Source: Dimorphilus gyrociliatus (lineage: Eukaryota > Animalia > Annelida). Taken from it: DNA of 32,682 nucleotides. Shown one piece after another: positions 11,031 to 21,969 of the stretch (position 1 is the stretch's first letter; the number at the start of each line of letters is the position of its first letter). The stretch spans positions 1 through 32,682 of the forward strand of contig CAJFCJ010000174.1 in the NCBI GenBank assembly GCA_904063045.1, read 5' to 3'. A program made the position numbers and the translations under genes. The notes beneath the pieces were generated by a model. That model worked only from the letters and a program-made list of their open reading frames with translations, had not been told where the DNA came from and ran no database searches.

Positions 11031-11889
11031 AAACACTTTAGAAAGTTGTTAGTTGGGCATATATGTACAACTTGGCATACTTAACTAAAAAAGAACCCCG
11101 CTGTAACCTTAGCCCTAACCATGTTCTGCTTTACTGTACACTCCTATCTCATTTTAAAGTGTGCTGCTGCTCTAGTTTGTCCTACTTTATTTATTATTTT
11201 TTTATTGTCATCTTTTTCTTGTTTCATTTTTCATGTTTTTTAAATTCTTTTTTTATATATAGTTTTTAAACTTTCCTCTTTTATCACTAATTTGTCCTTT
11301 AGATTATCTACTATCCCACTTACATTATTAAATCAAAGCTTAAAAATATCTTTATCTAAGACTTAATGTTATACATCGAAAGAGAGATCTTTTTAAAAAG
11401 GTTCTCAAATCTCTCCCATTTCAATAAAGTAGTAGACCCTGAAGAGTTCCTGAACAAAAATTCAAAGAAACCATGGTAGACAGGAATATATAAAAAAAAA
11501 AAACAAAAAACCTTAGCCCTAACCCCAAGACATAACAGGGATACAAGAAAGGAAAATTGATATTACCTAACCCTAACCCAAAAACAATATCTAGCTTGTA
11601 AATTTTTTACTGACTGGTTCAGTGGGGCGTTCATGAACTACCTTGAAGTGGGTACCAAAAGCGAACTACATAGAAAAATCCAGGAATTGCTTCACAAAAG
11701 TTATTATTTAGTGTCAGAATGAGAAAATGTCCACAAGAAAAAAGACCATGGAAATTAAAATGGGGAATGGATATATAAAGAAGATAATAAAATTATGCCA
11801 TGATAGGTCTGCCATTTTGTTGACACACTATTTCCTGTTTATAGTTTCCTGCTTTGCTTTCATACAAAGGATAGTTTGGTTCAAATTTT

Positions 11890-12150
11890 ATATTTTGATA
11901 ACATCTGGCCAAATGGCAGACTTTGATTGGTCATACTTCAGATTCACCATCAAGTACAACTTAAGATTTAGCCAAGTTGTGATTGATTAGCTTGTGTAAG
12001 GTTTGGCCACTCTATGATTAATTGGCTTTCTCAGGTGTTCCACTTTATAACATATTGTTTCTAAGGATAAATATGAACTGTATGGTTTGGTATCTGTAAA
12101 GTTATGTTATTACCAACTATCTACTCTGCTATTCAACTTTCATATTGTTA
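11890..12150 (+). mobile_element. Diverged fragment of the solo-LTR family
   Basis: AACTATCTACTCTGCTATTCAACTTTCATATTGTTA (about 12115-12150) matches the reverse complement of about 2790-2826. The duplicated (T)TGGCCAAG-like units also align with the reverse complement of 3060-3215. Confidence 0.6.
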
Positions 12151-12249
12151 GATTTGTTTTGTTAGTAAGTTTGAGTAGAATCAAATTTTTGGTTTATGGG
12201 AGCAATTTGAGGTCAGCATATTAAATTACATCATAAGTTACTCACATTC

Positions 12250-12430
12250 ATTTAGCTTCTGACAAAAAGCTTTTATTTTCAAATGTTAATCTCGACAGTT
12301 TTTTCAAAAACAAATTCTCCTTCACTCTCAACATTTTCTCCCACACTTGCTTTACAGTCATGTAATCATATGAGTTTTTGTTTCTAGTCCATTAAATTAT
12401 CCAAATATCAAACAATTCCTCAGAAATATA
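12250..12430 (-). pseudogene. Possible NACHT helical/winged-helix exon remnant
   Basis: ELFDIWII*WTRNKNS...LFLKKLSRLTFENKSF resembles the post-NTPase LxxLAF region. It has a stop codon and a GTGAGT donor; the assignment rests on weak similarity. Confidence 0.35.
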
Positions 12431-13856
12431 TAGTTCATACATTAATTACAGAAAAGTAATTGCTTATCAAACTTCAATTGAATTACATAATTACTTTATG
12501 AATTTGACAGTTTAACAAGTCCAGATGAATAATTGTCTAAAGATTAATTACCATAGGGGGGGGGAGTCAACTGTCTGTGGGTCAATTGCCCATTACCCAA
12601 CATCCACAAACTTAAGCAAGATAACTGAATAATAGACTAGTCAAACCTTAATGGGTAACTAAAGATGAATGAACCTTGAGGACAAGTAATCAAGATCTAT
12701 GTTTAATCCTATCTTATTGCTAATCTGAATCACTGTATGTGTGAACCTCTTCAATACATTGACATTATCTATATATCTGAAGAAATGGTTGAATGAGCTT
12801 TTAGATTGGAGTTATTAATATTGTCAGCAAGTCTTTCTATAGTTTTACCATTCTATGTTGATATGTTTCTACTTTTAAGTGCACAATTTTTAACCCAATT
12901 CATAAATCTATCTATCTATTTATCAATAAAAAGAAACTACAGAATTGTATGGGCAGCTCAAATGAAAGTTTTCTTGCAAAACATATTGTATTCTCTAGAA
13001 AAGAATGAAGTTTAAAGTTATTGAAAGAGATACTGACACAGTCATATTAAAAAAAATTTTCTTATTTCAACAATCTATGACTATAGGCATTACTGAGTTG
13101 ATTGGATGGCTGTTTTATATTCAGAGCCTCAACAAAGGGTGAGAAAAAGCTTCAAGGTGAAGATTAGCCTCTTTTTGGCTAGTAAGGAATCTGCAGGGAA
13201 AGGTGTCCATCTATTTTATGCCTTGTAGCCTATAAAATACAAGAGTTATAAATTTCTTTCTTTGTTATCTTAAACTTGCACTAGAATAGGCCTAGCACCA
13301 ATCCTGAATGCTCTCCTTGGGCTGCCACTTTCATTAGCTTTGGTTCTGTTGTCCTCCTCTTTATAGTTGAAGACAGATTGGAATAATTGGGATTCAGTTA
13401 AAGATAAAAAGATTGTTACTTATTTTAAGTTGTTAAGATGTACAAGATGAAGCCACAGGAATAAGAAATGATCTGGTATTGCGGTGGTTGTCTTCTTGCA
13501 TATCAGATCCAACTGACCCAAGTATAAGAATCCTTAGACAGGCATCAAGCCCAAGTGTATGGAATTGCATGTAAAATTCTTGATTTATATTAACATTGAT
13601 AAAGATAAATGACAAATCTCCTAAACAGATCTGTTGATTATAAATCTTCAATGAAATATTGTCAACTGAAATCATCTACCTTTTTTAAAACCAGTTTCAC
13701 AATGGACCATTATTTTAGGAACAATTTTTGCAGTTAGTAAAATATGACAATACAATTAAATATATCATTTATATCCCTTCAAAAAAAAAATAGCAACATT
13801 GATTTTTTTCTAAAAATCTGGAAATCTACTGCAATTATTAACAATACTCTCTTACT

Positions 13857-14780
13857 TTGCACTTGAATAGAATATATTACAGAGACCAACAAACTTTTGA
13901 TAAGAATACTAAAACTGTTACAGTGCTGTATAGTGTTGGTGATAATCTATCTACTCAATTTGTTTCCACCTTCATTACATTTTTTAATATATTACATAAT
14001 GAAGGTGGAAACAAATTGAGTAGACAGATTAGCCGTTTTCTGCCACATCCTAATTTACTTTATTTATCATCAATTGGTGCATCTTTTACTAAAATTAGCA
14101 TAAACAATTCTCATAGAATATTAGCATATGTTCAAAACATACACACCAATGTGAATTTCCTAGAAGTTACTCATTCAAAAATAGTTTCAAAACAATTTCT
14201 CATCAACTTTCCAAATTTAATAACTTTAATATTGAAGCATACAAATCTTACAAGTCAACTGTTCACAACTAGGACATCATTAAAATTATTACAAAACTCA
14301 GACTTGTCTTTTAATCCAATTGATAATTTATCTTTTTTGAAAGAATTCCAATCAATCAATTTAAGATATTTAGATATATCTCATACAAGGATAACTAAAC
14401 TACTGAGAAGTGATTTTAAAAATTTCCCATTGTATTTTAAAAACTTGGGATATTATTTTAACAAATTTGACAAGTACCCTAAGAGAATTTCATTTGAATA
14501 ATACTAGATATCCACATTTACGAATGATGGCTACTGTTCAAAACTTTATGTATTATGTATTATGAATTCTTTTTTTGGTGAAAATTATGTTGAAAATGAT
14601 TATAATTGGAGGCATAATAGGTTCTGTGATGTGCTTGGTTCCCTACTGACATTTTCACTTCTGCTCTTCATTGGTGGTGTCACTTTGATAACTTTTGAAG
14701 GGCATTTATGTGTTTACAAACCTTTGCTGGTAAAAACTCACACAAGTCTTAAATGTTCCATAACAATTGGTTATCATATT
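13857..14780 (+). pseudogene. LRR-containing GPCR (LGR/GRL101-like) fragment with internal deletion
   Basis: Typical LRRs (FPNLITLILKHTNL, DLSFNPI, NLRYLDISHTRI) abut ENYVENDYNWRHNRFCDVLGSLLTFSLLLFIGGVTLITFEGHLCVYKP (ECL1-TM3 of class C LGRs) in another frame. Hinge and TM1 are missing. Confidence 0.7.
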
Positions 14781-15084
14781 TGCCCTTACAATTACACTAC
14801 TACCAATACTAATGTTTCAAGAACGAATATAAGGATATTGTCGAAATTCCCATAGTATTTTAGCTTAATCACTTTTAAGAGTTTGATTTCAGTTAGAGGG
14901 TTAGAATTTGTATTGGGTTGGGGATCTCTCCATTGTTTCAATCATTCCTCTGAAGGGTGAGATTAGGGTTAGGTTAAAAAATACAGCAAATTATTTCAAT
15001 AACTGTAGGTTTTGCATAAAACAAACCTATCACTGATCTTGGAATATTACTACAAATAAATGAGTCAACAGAAAATGTTGAAAT

Positions 15085-15260
15085 GTTGAAAATGTGGTAG
15101 TAATCTCTGTCCCATTCCAATCCAGATAGTTTTGCAATAATTTGTCAATACCCAAAACACTTGAACAAATTTTCAGAAAATTACTATTGATACTCGTGTG
15201 AATATATGGGAAAAGCTGAAAAAAGAAAACAATGTTCTATTTATAAAAAAAGACTGCATT
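15085..15260 (+). pseudogene. Possible NACHT (LCxIP / PxT) fragment
   Basis: With frameshifts it reads NLCPIP..FAIIC..NLSIPKTLEQIFRKLLL, similar to the NACHT helical-domain LCxxP...PxTxTxxY pattern. Weak. Confidence 0.3.
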
Positions 15261-16669
15261 TGAGGTATGTAGGGGTCATGGAATGTGTCCTCAAATGAGT
15301 TATTTGGAGGCTACATGTGGGTTGAAAAATGACTGAGAAGAATAAGATAGCTATTGATTTATAAATCTATTGGTATTTTAAAAATGCTAAAGTAGGGGTT
15401 TTATGCTATTATACTGATAAGTAATTCTAATATAAAGCTTTTTATGAGAAATTCATTCAAGTATAGAATATTTCCCAGAATTAGAAATGATATTGAACAA
15501 CATTAGACCAAGAACCACACTAACAGCTATTCTCTTTTAATCATCACTTTTTCATTGTTTAGTTTCAATAAATTAATATTTTGAAGATCTGAGGAGATTT
15601 TTTCCTCAGTTTGTCAACGTTTTCTCCAACACTTACAAGTTGCTATTCCGTTAAAAAACAGATGAGGACAAGTTGGAAGGAGGCAGGAAATCTTCCCAGT
15701 TGAACTATGCTACATTGTAAAATAATATATGGAATATCTTATCATTAATAAGTCCATTTATGCTACTGATTTCACATGCGTTGATAAGAATTTTCTTATA
15801 TTATATTACAAATTTTTCTGAGTGATATTGGGAATTCGGTTAGTGCAGTTGATAAGAGTAATACACAAAATGTTATGTAGGGACTAGAATTGTTAAACTA
15901 TAGAAACACTACTATTCTTCTCATTTTACATGTTCTATTTGACTTTAAACCTTTTATCTTCAAACTAGACATTCTTTGTCGACTCAATTCTAAGCTAGCA
16001 ATTAAAAATACATCTATATTTATATAATTTCCACGAAAATTGTAGTCCTATAACTACTGAAAGTTCAATAATTTTCAATACTAATAAAACCTGGTATTCA
16101 GCTAATCAAGCATTGTTAAGCCAATTCTATACAAAACTCTTAAAGAACACTAGTGTTCTACTAGAACTAGTTTATCTTCGTAGTGAAGGACGCAAGAATC
16201 CTATTAGAAAGGGACCAGTTGGAATGCCAAGATATGATATCAAATCTTACAATGAATACAGTCCATAAATCTTTTACAACAAAACAAAACACATAGACCT
16301 TATAATCATATAAAGCTGAATTTACTACTTTTTGAAAAACTGACAAGAGAGCAGTTGTGTTGAATTAGGCCTTTTAGGAGAATTAAATAATAAAAACCCA
16401 TTGAAGTCATTTAAAGTGCCAATTAAAAGAGAATAAAAAACACGGTCTTCAAACGGTTAATTCAAATTTTAATATGTAAAACAAATTTACTAGGGCAGAA
16501 CTTGAGAATTAAATGGGGTGAAGGTGGTACTGTCTTTCAATGGAATGCAGGAAAAACATATTAATCAACCACAAAGGTTTTGACTGAAGTGAAGGTAGAA
16601 TAATTGCTTACAAATATCATAAGGTAAATAACAAATAACTTATCAACCTTATTTTTTGCATTCACTATT

Positions 16670-16675
16670 TTTATT
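16670..16675 (-). promoter_or_regulatory. Polyadenylation signal of the 168-aa precursor gene
   Basis: AATAAA on the minus strand about 70 nt after the stop codon at 16744-16746. Confidence 0.55.
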
Positions 16676-16743
16676 GTAAAATGTTCAGAGGGTTACAGTT
16701 ATCTATGTTAAACATTTGCTTTCTTTCTCTTGTTTTTTTTTCT

Positions 16744-17375
16744 TTACCATCGTCTACCTCTTCTTCCACCTCGTCTTCTTGCGCTATGTCCTCTTCCGCG
16801 ACGTCCTTTTCTGCCACGTCTTCTTGCGCTACCTCCTCTTCCAGATTTATTTTGAGGAGGAGATGATTTATCATTAATTTTATATTCTATGTTGTATTTA
16901 GCCTTGCATATTGGAAGGATAGAGGGACATCTCTTAGCATTTGGATTTACTTTGCAAGTTTTACACCAATATTTATTTTCATCGCCAAACTTTGAAATAG
17001 AAAGAAAAATTATTTTCTATATTCAATACTAGAATACTAGAATTAACAAAAAAATTACCCTAAGCATCAATTCTGGTAAATATTCCGCTTCCCTATCCTC
17101 CAAACTGTCCTCATCATCCTCAATATCATCATCTTCATCAGGAAGAATTTCCTTTTCATCTAGATCCGAGCGCTGCATAAAGAAATAAAAATATAGATAA
17201 ACAGATAGCTAATTATTAAGAATTATACTCTGAATAGATCTTGTCCAACCAATTGATCATCTAAAAGTCCTTCATCTCTCTCCTGCAATTCTTCAAGAAG
17301 AGAAGATAGCAAAGGATTCGCTAGAACATTGCAAGTACAGAGTACACAAAGTAAAGTAAGAGCTAAAAGTTTCAT
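16744..17375 (-). CDS. Secreted 168-aa prepropeptide: signal peptide, acidic pro-region, 4-Cys core, Arg/Gly-rich cationic tail; 3 exons
   Basis: Exons 17375-17229, 17172-17059 and 16989-16744 with phase-0 GT-AG introns of 56 and 69 nt. Protein: MKLLALTLLCVLCTCNVLANPLLSSLLEELQERDEGLLDDQLVGQDLFR/RSDLDEKEILPDEDDDIEDDEDSLEDREAEYLPELMLR/FGDENKYWCKTCKVNPNAKRCPSILPICKAKYNIEYKINDKSSPPQNKSGRGGSARRRGRKGRRGRGHSARRRGGRRGRRW*. TATA box and polyA signal are present. Confidence 0.85.
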
Positions 17376-17414
17376 TATGAAACGTTTATGTTGAAAGTTA
17401 GAAAAATTTCCAAT

Positions 17415-17421
17415 ATTTATA
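17415..17421 (-). promoter_or_regulatory. TATA box of the 168-aa precursor gene
   Basis: TATAAAT 40-46 nt upstream of the ATG at 17375. Confidence 0.55.
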
Positions 17422-18009
17422 GATGGTGTTCTTTTGAAAATAAGTACCAATTGAACAATTGCTTCCGAAATAATTCAATAGAAAACTGGTTTTCTCATGA
17501 TTGAACAATCCTTGCTGTCTAGCCTTGATAGACAACTTCTATTTAAAGATACCCATTCATAAACTTGTTTTTCTTTCTGTACAGTATCAGTTTCACATGA
17601 AAATTATAGGATTACTATATGACTAATGTCAATCTTTTGTTAATTGGGCAAAAGTGTACTTTATAACTGGGAATGGCATGACATTATCTCCTATTCCTAT
17701 CTTGCACTTGACAAAAGATTTCCTTCATTGAGTAGTTATTTTTCATCAGAATACTTAGTCAAAAGTGATTCTCTTTCAAGTTCTTTTTATTTAAATTTAA
17801 AATGGTTCAAAATTTTTAAGAATTAGATTTCTGCAATGCTTGCTATGAAGTAAAATGAAGAAGAGTTGTTGTAAAATTACAAAAATTAAGAAAGGAAAAG
17901 ATTGACAGCCTTCATAAAATTAGAGAATATAATTCTACAAGAAAGGAGAACCACATAATAATTGTTTTATTTTATAAAAACTAATAATATCAGGATTCTT
18001 TTCTAACAG

Positions 18010-18260
18010 TTGCATTTGACTTTTGAGTTTTCAAGTGCAGGCTCTTTACTGGAAAGTTCATCAGAGGATTTTCAACAGAAAAGTGACTCTTTTACAGAAA
18101 ATATACCTGATGAGGTAAACTAATTCTTGAACAGTTGATATAGTTTGTTTTATAATTAATATTTTTTCAAAGGATGCTACAACCAATGAGAATTTTCAAA
18201 GCATAGCAACAAATATATATATTTTCCAGATAATTGGTCTGTATAAATTTATTTGGGAAT
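18010..18260 (+). other. Two unidentified exon-like pieces joined by a 58-nt intron
   Basis: CAG|TTG...GAG|GTAAAC defines 18010-18114 (105 nt, open). Intron 18115-18172 (...TCAAAG) is followed by an open frame DATTNENF. No recognisable domain. Confidence 0.3.
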
Positions 18261-18267
18261 GCAGAGA

Positions 18268-18715
18268 TTACAGGAAACGATGTGTTGGAAAAAATAATAT
18301 CTCTATTATTAGACTAAGTTCATATGTTGTACTTCCAAAATAATTGGCATCCTCTTCATTTAATTTACAAGATTCAAAACTTAATTTTCTCAGAGAATTT
18401 GATGATGATTTTAAACCATTAAAAATATTTTTGTATTCATGTATTAATCCATCATTAAAATCCATAGAAAATATCCTAATGCTATGGCAACATAATAATG
18501 ATTCTTCAAGACACGAAGCTTGACTATTATTTAATGAACAATGCGAAAGGTCAAGTTCACTTAAATCTTTTAAAGAGACTTTAATACATTTGCAAATATC
18601 AATAAATCCTTCTTTCATGTAGGAATTTTTTGATATGTTTAAATACTGTATATTTTGACAAACTGTAATTAATTTAGCTAAACACTGTGATACAAAAGAT
18701 ATGTCATTCCTTAAA
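18268..18715 (-). pseudogene. RI/NLR-type LRR fragment (several repeats)
   Basis: CQNIQYLNISKN..ICKCIKVSLKDLSELDLSHCSL..LLCCHSIRIFSMDFN..IFNGLKSSSNSLRKLSFESCKLNEE. Truncated at both ends, with the same repeat type as 10860-11030. Confidence 0.75.
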
Positions 18716-19015
18716 GAATATACAGCTAGAATGGTGAATGATGATACATATAAGCAATCGGCAAAGAGAGTTTCCTCTCTTGTCAAATCACTGAAGCCGA
18801 AACCATTAGATAAAGCTGTATATTGGATTAATCATGTATTAAAGTTTGGTGGTAGTCACCTAAGACATTCTGCAATGGATATGCCAACCTATAAACTTTA
18901 TAATATAGATTTATATCTAATTTTAGCAATTCTATGTTTCTTAATTATTTGGTTAATGGAAAAGTTATTTGTTTTTTTTCTTCAACAAAATGCTTTAGTT
19001 TCTTCAAACCGTTAA
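18716..19015 (+). pseudogene. UDP-glucuronosyltransferase C-terminal fragment
   Basis: MVNDDTYKQSAKRVSSLVKSLKPKPLDKAVYWINHVLKFGGSHLRHSAMDMPTYKLYNIDLYLIL followed by a TM helix matches the UGT C-terminal consensus (Y..A..LS....P..P...AVYWIEY V...G..HL...D). The 5' portion is absent. Confidence 0.8.
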
Positions 19016-19235
19016 AGAGATTGAAAATACAAATTATTGTAATACAATCTCTTTACTATGAGATAATCTAGTAAGAGTTTTAGCACCTTAAAACTAAGAT
19101 AAATGTGGAAACCTTCTGTCTGAAACCATTTTCCATACAGTATCTAACCTTTTCTATGACATATTTTGATATAAGAACACGTGACTTGCGAAAGGTGATG
19201 TACAAAAATTTTTATCAAGATAAAGAAAATGTATT

Positions 19236-20100
19236 TTATAAGGATGAAACATAAAACAATGCCAATGACATCAATTTCCAGCGACTGCTATTATGATAAT
19301 GCCTTGTCTCAATTGATAAGAAATCACCCTGTTCCAATTTCAATAATCCACCTCTACTCATACTTTCATATCCTGCTCTAGTCCTCACTCTTTGCATTGA
19401 TAACCTTTGTATATTATTTACCATTACAGCTACTATACACTGTACTCCTGGCCATGTTCCAACAGATATATCAATGTGATATAAACCTGAAACTGCAACC
19501 TTGTATGTATTATTTGCAGAATTCCATGCAGAATTCGTGTCCAGAACTACTACATCATATCCAATTCTTACTCTTGTCAACGTATCTAAATTTGTTGTTC
19601 TATAAGCATAAAATGCTGGAGTTTCAGCAGTTGCATTTAATTGAAATCCTGCTATATATGTATATAAAACACTTGATCTCGAAACTCCTTCAATTAATGT
19701 TAATGATAATCTATCCAATTATTTAATGTTAAGCTTACCAGACAGCTTGTAGAAGTTTGAAAACCTGTTCCAAAATGAATAAAATACCATCCCCTTGACT
19801 GTACTGTTAATTCTGTTCTGGCAGTATTTAAAGTTGCACCCCTTAGGGCAACAACCTTAGGAAGTGGTATTCGATTCCCCAAGTTGAAAAATGTTGTATC
19901 TGTTCCCACAAAAAATACATTATCAGATTCGCACATAAAACCTGACCAAGATGTTTCAGAGCCACGTTCACTGCTAATAGCTGGCACAACACTATCTGAA
20001 GAAATATCTGGCTTGGAGAGAGAAGTCAGAGAATATAGTCCAGACCTAGTAAAAGTGTCCCTGTAATGACTTGTTTCTTGATAAAGAGCAACTTCAACGC
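19236..20100 (-). pseudogene. Multi-C1q (gC1q) domain gene fragment, about 2.5 domains
   Basis: Contains the end of one domain (DTFTRSGL..TSWSGF), a shortened second domain (GWYFIHFG..frameshift near 19718..SRSSVL/YTYIAGFQL) and a complete third domain (AFYAYR..YDVVVLDTNSAWN..YKVAVSGLYHIDIS..SRGGLLKLEQGDFLSI). No 5' end. Confidence 0.8.
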
Positions 20101-20111
20101 CCAATTTGTTA

Positions 20112-20672
20112 CCTCTTCAACATCTACTGAATTTCCTGGACATTCATCTCCCCCATTTGATGGTGGAGGATTTGTACAAGTTCTTGTTCGGGTTCTTAAA
20201 CCATCTCTGCAGTCTGGTTCACATTCAGTCCATTCCGATCATCCAGACCATCCTGCCGGCATAGGACATTTCGATTCTTCAGCAGTAACACATACTCTTG
20301 CCGAACATTAGCGGATATTTAACAATTTACTGAAGAAGTAGCCTTGAGGGCATTGCTGAGGCCAAGCAACTCCATTATAGCAATGATAATATTATCTACA
20401 ATCATTTTTATTAGGAAATGTTCCATTTTGGCCATCTTCACAATCATTATTTTTCATATAGCACGGTTTCTCAATTGTATTTACTATGTTATCAGTTTTA
20501 GGGCACTCCAGAGCGTAATCTGACAAAATCGTTGCTGATGAACTTCCACCTGGACAATCAGCCAAATGTGGTTCAACACACAAAGAATATTTACAATTAG
20601 TTAGGGAAACTGTAAACAAAAGTCCAGGTGGGTATTGTTGAGGATGAGCTGTACCATTAATGCAATGATAAT
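20112..20672 (-). pseudogene. Chitin-binding (peritrophin-A/CBM14) x2 plus TSP1 gene fragment
   Basis: YYHCINGTAHPQQYPPGLLF..; CEDGQNGTFPNKNDCR*YYHCYNGVAWPQQCPQGYFF; then WSG*SEWTECEPDCRDGLRTRTRTCTNPPPSNGGDECPG (TSP1). Three in-frame stops. Confidence 0.8.
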
Positions 20673-21870
20673 AAAAAAAAAAAAGCTTAAAAATGAATGT
20701 TATTCTTTATCAGGCAAGTGCTTTTGTTTAAGTTCAATTGGTATTTTATCACCACACTGCACTTGAATTTCAAAATAATAGATTTATTAAACAATTTATT
20801 AAAATATTGTAAATTTTTAGTTGTTGTGCAATTCTCTATTTGAATATGATAGAGAAGAAATTTTGGATTTAAAAGATCATAGTGATCAATTAAATTGAAT
20901 GGTTTTTGATGAATTTTCAATACTACTGAATAAATTTTGATAATCTGATGCAAATTGGATTTAATCTTTATTAATCTGATATGATGAAATACCTCAACAA
21001 GATGGAATAAATAAATAAATAAATAACATCACTTGAGATTTATTTAAGAGTACTTGATTCATATTTTCTATTATCCACAAGGGTCAAGTGTCCTAGTTCA
21101 GGGTAACTCTACAGATAATGACCAGTTATAACCTTATCTCAGTTTTGACTGTTCCTTTAATTCATAGAGACATTCAAGATATTTCCTCCTAGACATGTAA
21201 TATTTAATTAGTAATTGCATAGCAAATTACAAGTTTAAAAATGAGAAATATCTCGAAAATTAAGAGAGGTGGAGACACAATCCCTACTGTAAAATTCTTT
21301 GTACAGTCATATCTTTTTCATTAATATTCTCAATATTGAGTGTATTGGTAATTACACTAGAAATCCTCCAAAAAAAGAATCCTCTCAAAAAGTACCGTTC
21401 ATTATTCACATTTTTACCAAAGAAATGTTCCATTTTTGGAAATTTCAACAAAATTAGATATAAATGATGCATTCTTTCAACATTTTAAATATTACCATTA
21501 TTGTATTAAAATCTGCAAAAACTTGGTTGTTTTACACAATTAACAACTCTGTGGAAATATAACAACTTTAAAACAACATGTTTCAATGATTAAGATTTTA
21601 AAAAAACATTAAAAATTACAATTGTTTTTTAATTTTTTTGTGGTTTTTTTCCAAAAAGAAGAGGCCTAAAATCTATAACAGAAATTGAATGGTTAGTGGA
21701 TCTGTCAATATTTAAGACTGAAGGTGTAAGAGTCAAGTAGGGTAATTTAATCTATATCATATTCCAATCTCTTCCAAAGCCAATTCTTACAAATTCGGAA
21801 TCATCAATAACACGCTGTTACATTTAGTCTACTCGAGCGACTAACAATGTATCTTCCCACCTTCCTTTTG

Positions 21871-21895
21871 CTCTCTCTCTCTCTCACTCTCTCTC
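21871..21895. repeat. (CT)n microsatellite
   Basis: ctctctctctctctcactctctctc. Confidence 0.9.
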
Positions 21896-21969
21896 CATAA
21901 GATTGGTGAAATTATAAAATAAAAAAATATTAAATGCAAACATTGATAAGTTTATTTGCGGATTCTATT

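Noticed and set aside
12555-12598. GGGGGGGGGAGTCAACTGTC..GGGTCAATTGCC as a transposon terminus
   Set aside because: Resembles GGGCAATTGTCC-type MITE ends, but no partner end or second copy occurs in the window.
16030-16270. Open frame with a C-type-lectin-like KTWYSANQA
   Set aside because: No start codon, no following Cys or WIGL motif, and the rest is unrelated; not enough to call.
16671-16874. Acidic 67-aa ORF and the antisense Ser-rich ORF 16681-16866 from the ORF track
   Set aside because: These are alternative-frame and antisense shadows of exon 3 of the spliced precursor; the phase-0 splice at 16989 selects the Cys/Arg-rich frame.
20061-20111. Possible intron splicing TSP1 to C1q (GTAACA...TTACAG)
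   Set aside because: Donor is phase 0 but the acceptor needs phase 2, so the join gives GHFY* immediately; the interval also reads as plausible C1q coding sequence.
260-20240. TGA at conserved Trp positions (gag G*V, TSP1 WSG*SEW) suggesting TGA=Trp recoding
   Set aside because: TGG to TGA is a single transition, the same fragments also contain TAA stops or frameshifts, and intact genes here use TGG for Trp.
19397-20311. Plus-strand ORFs 19397-19726, 19884-20066 and 20066-20311
   Set aside because: Antisense to C1q and TSP1 coding sequence.
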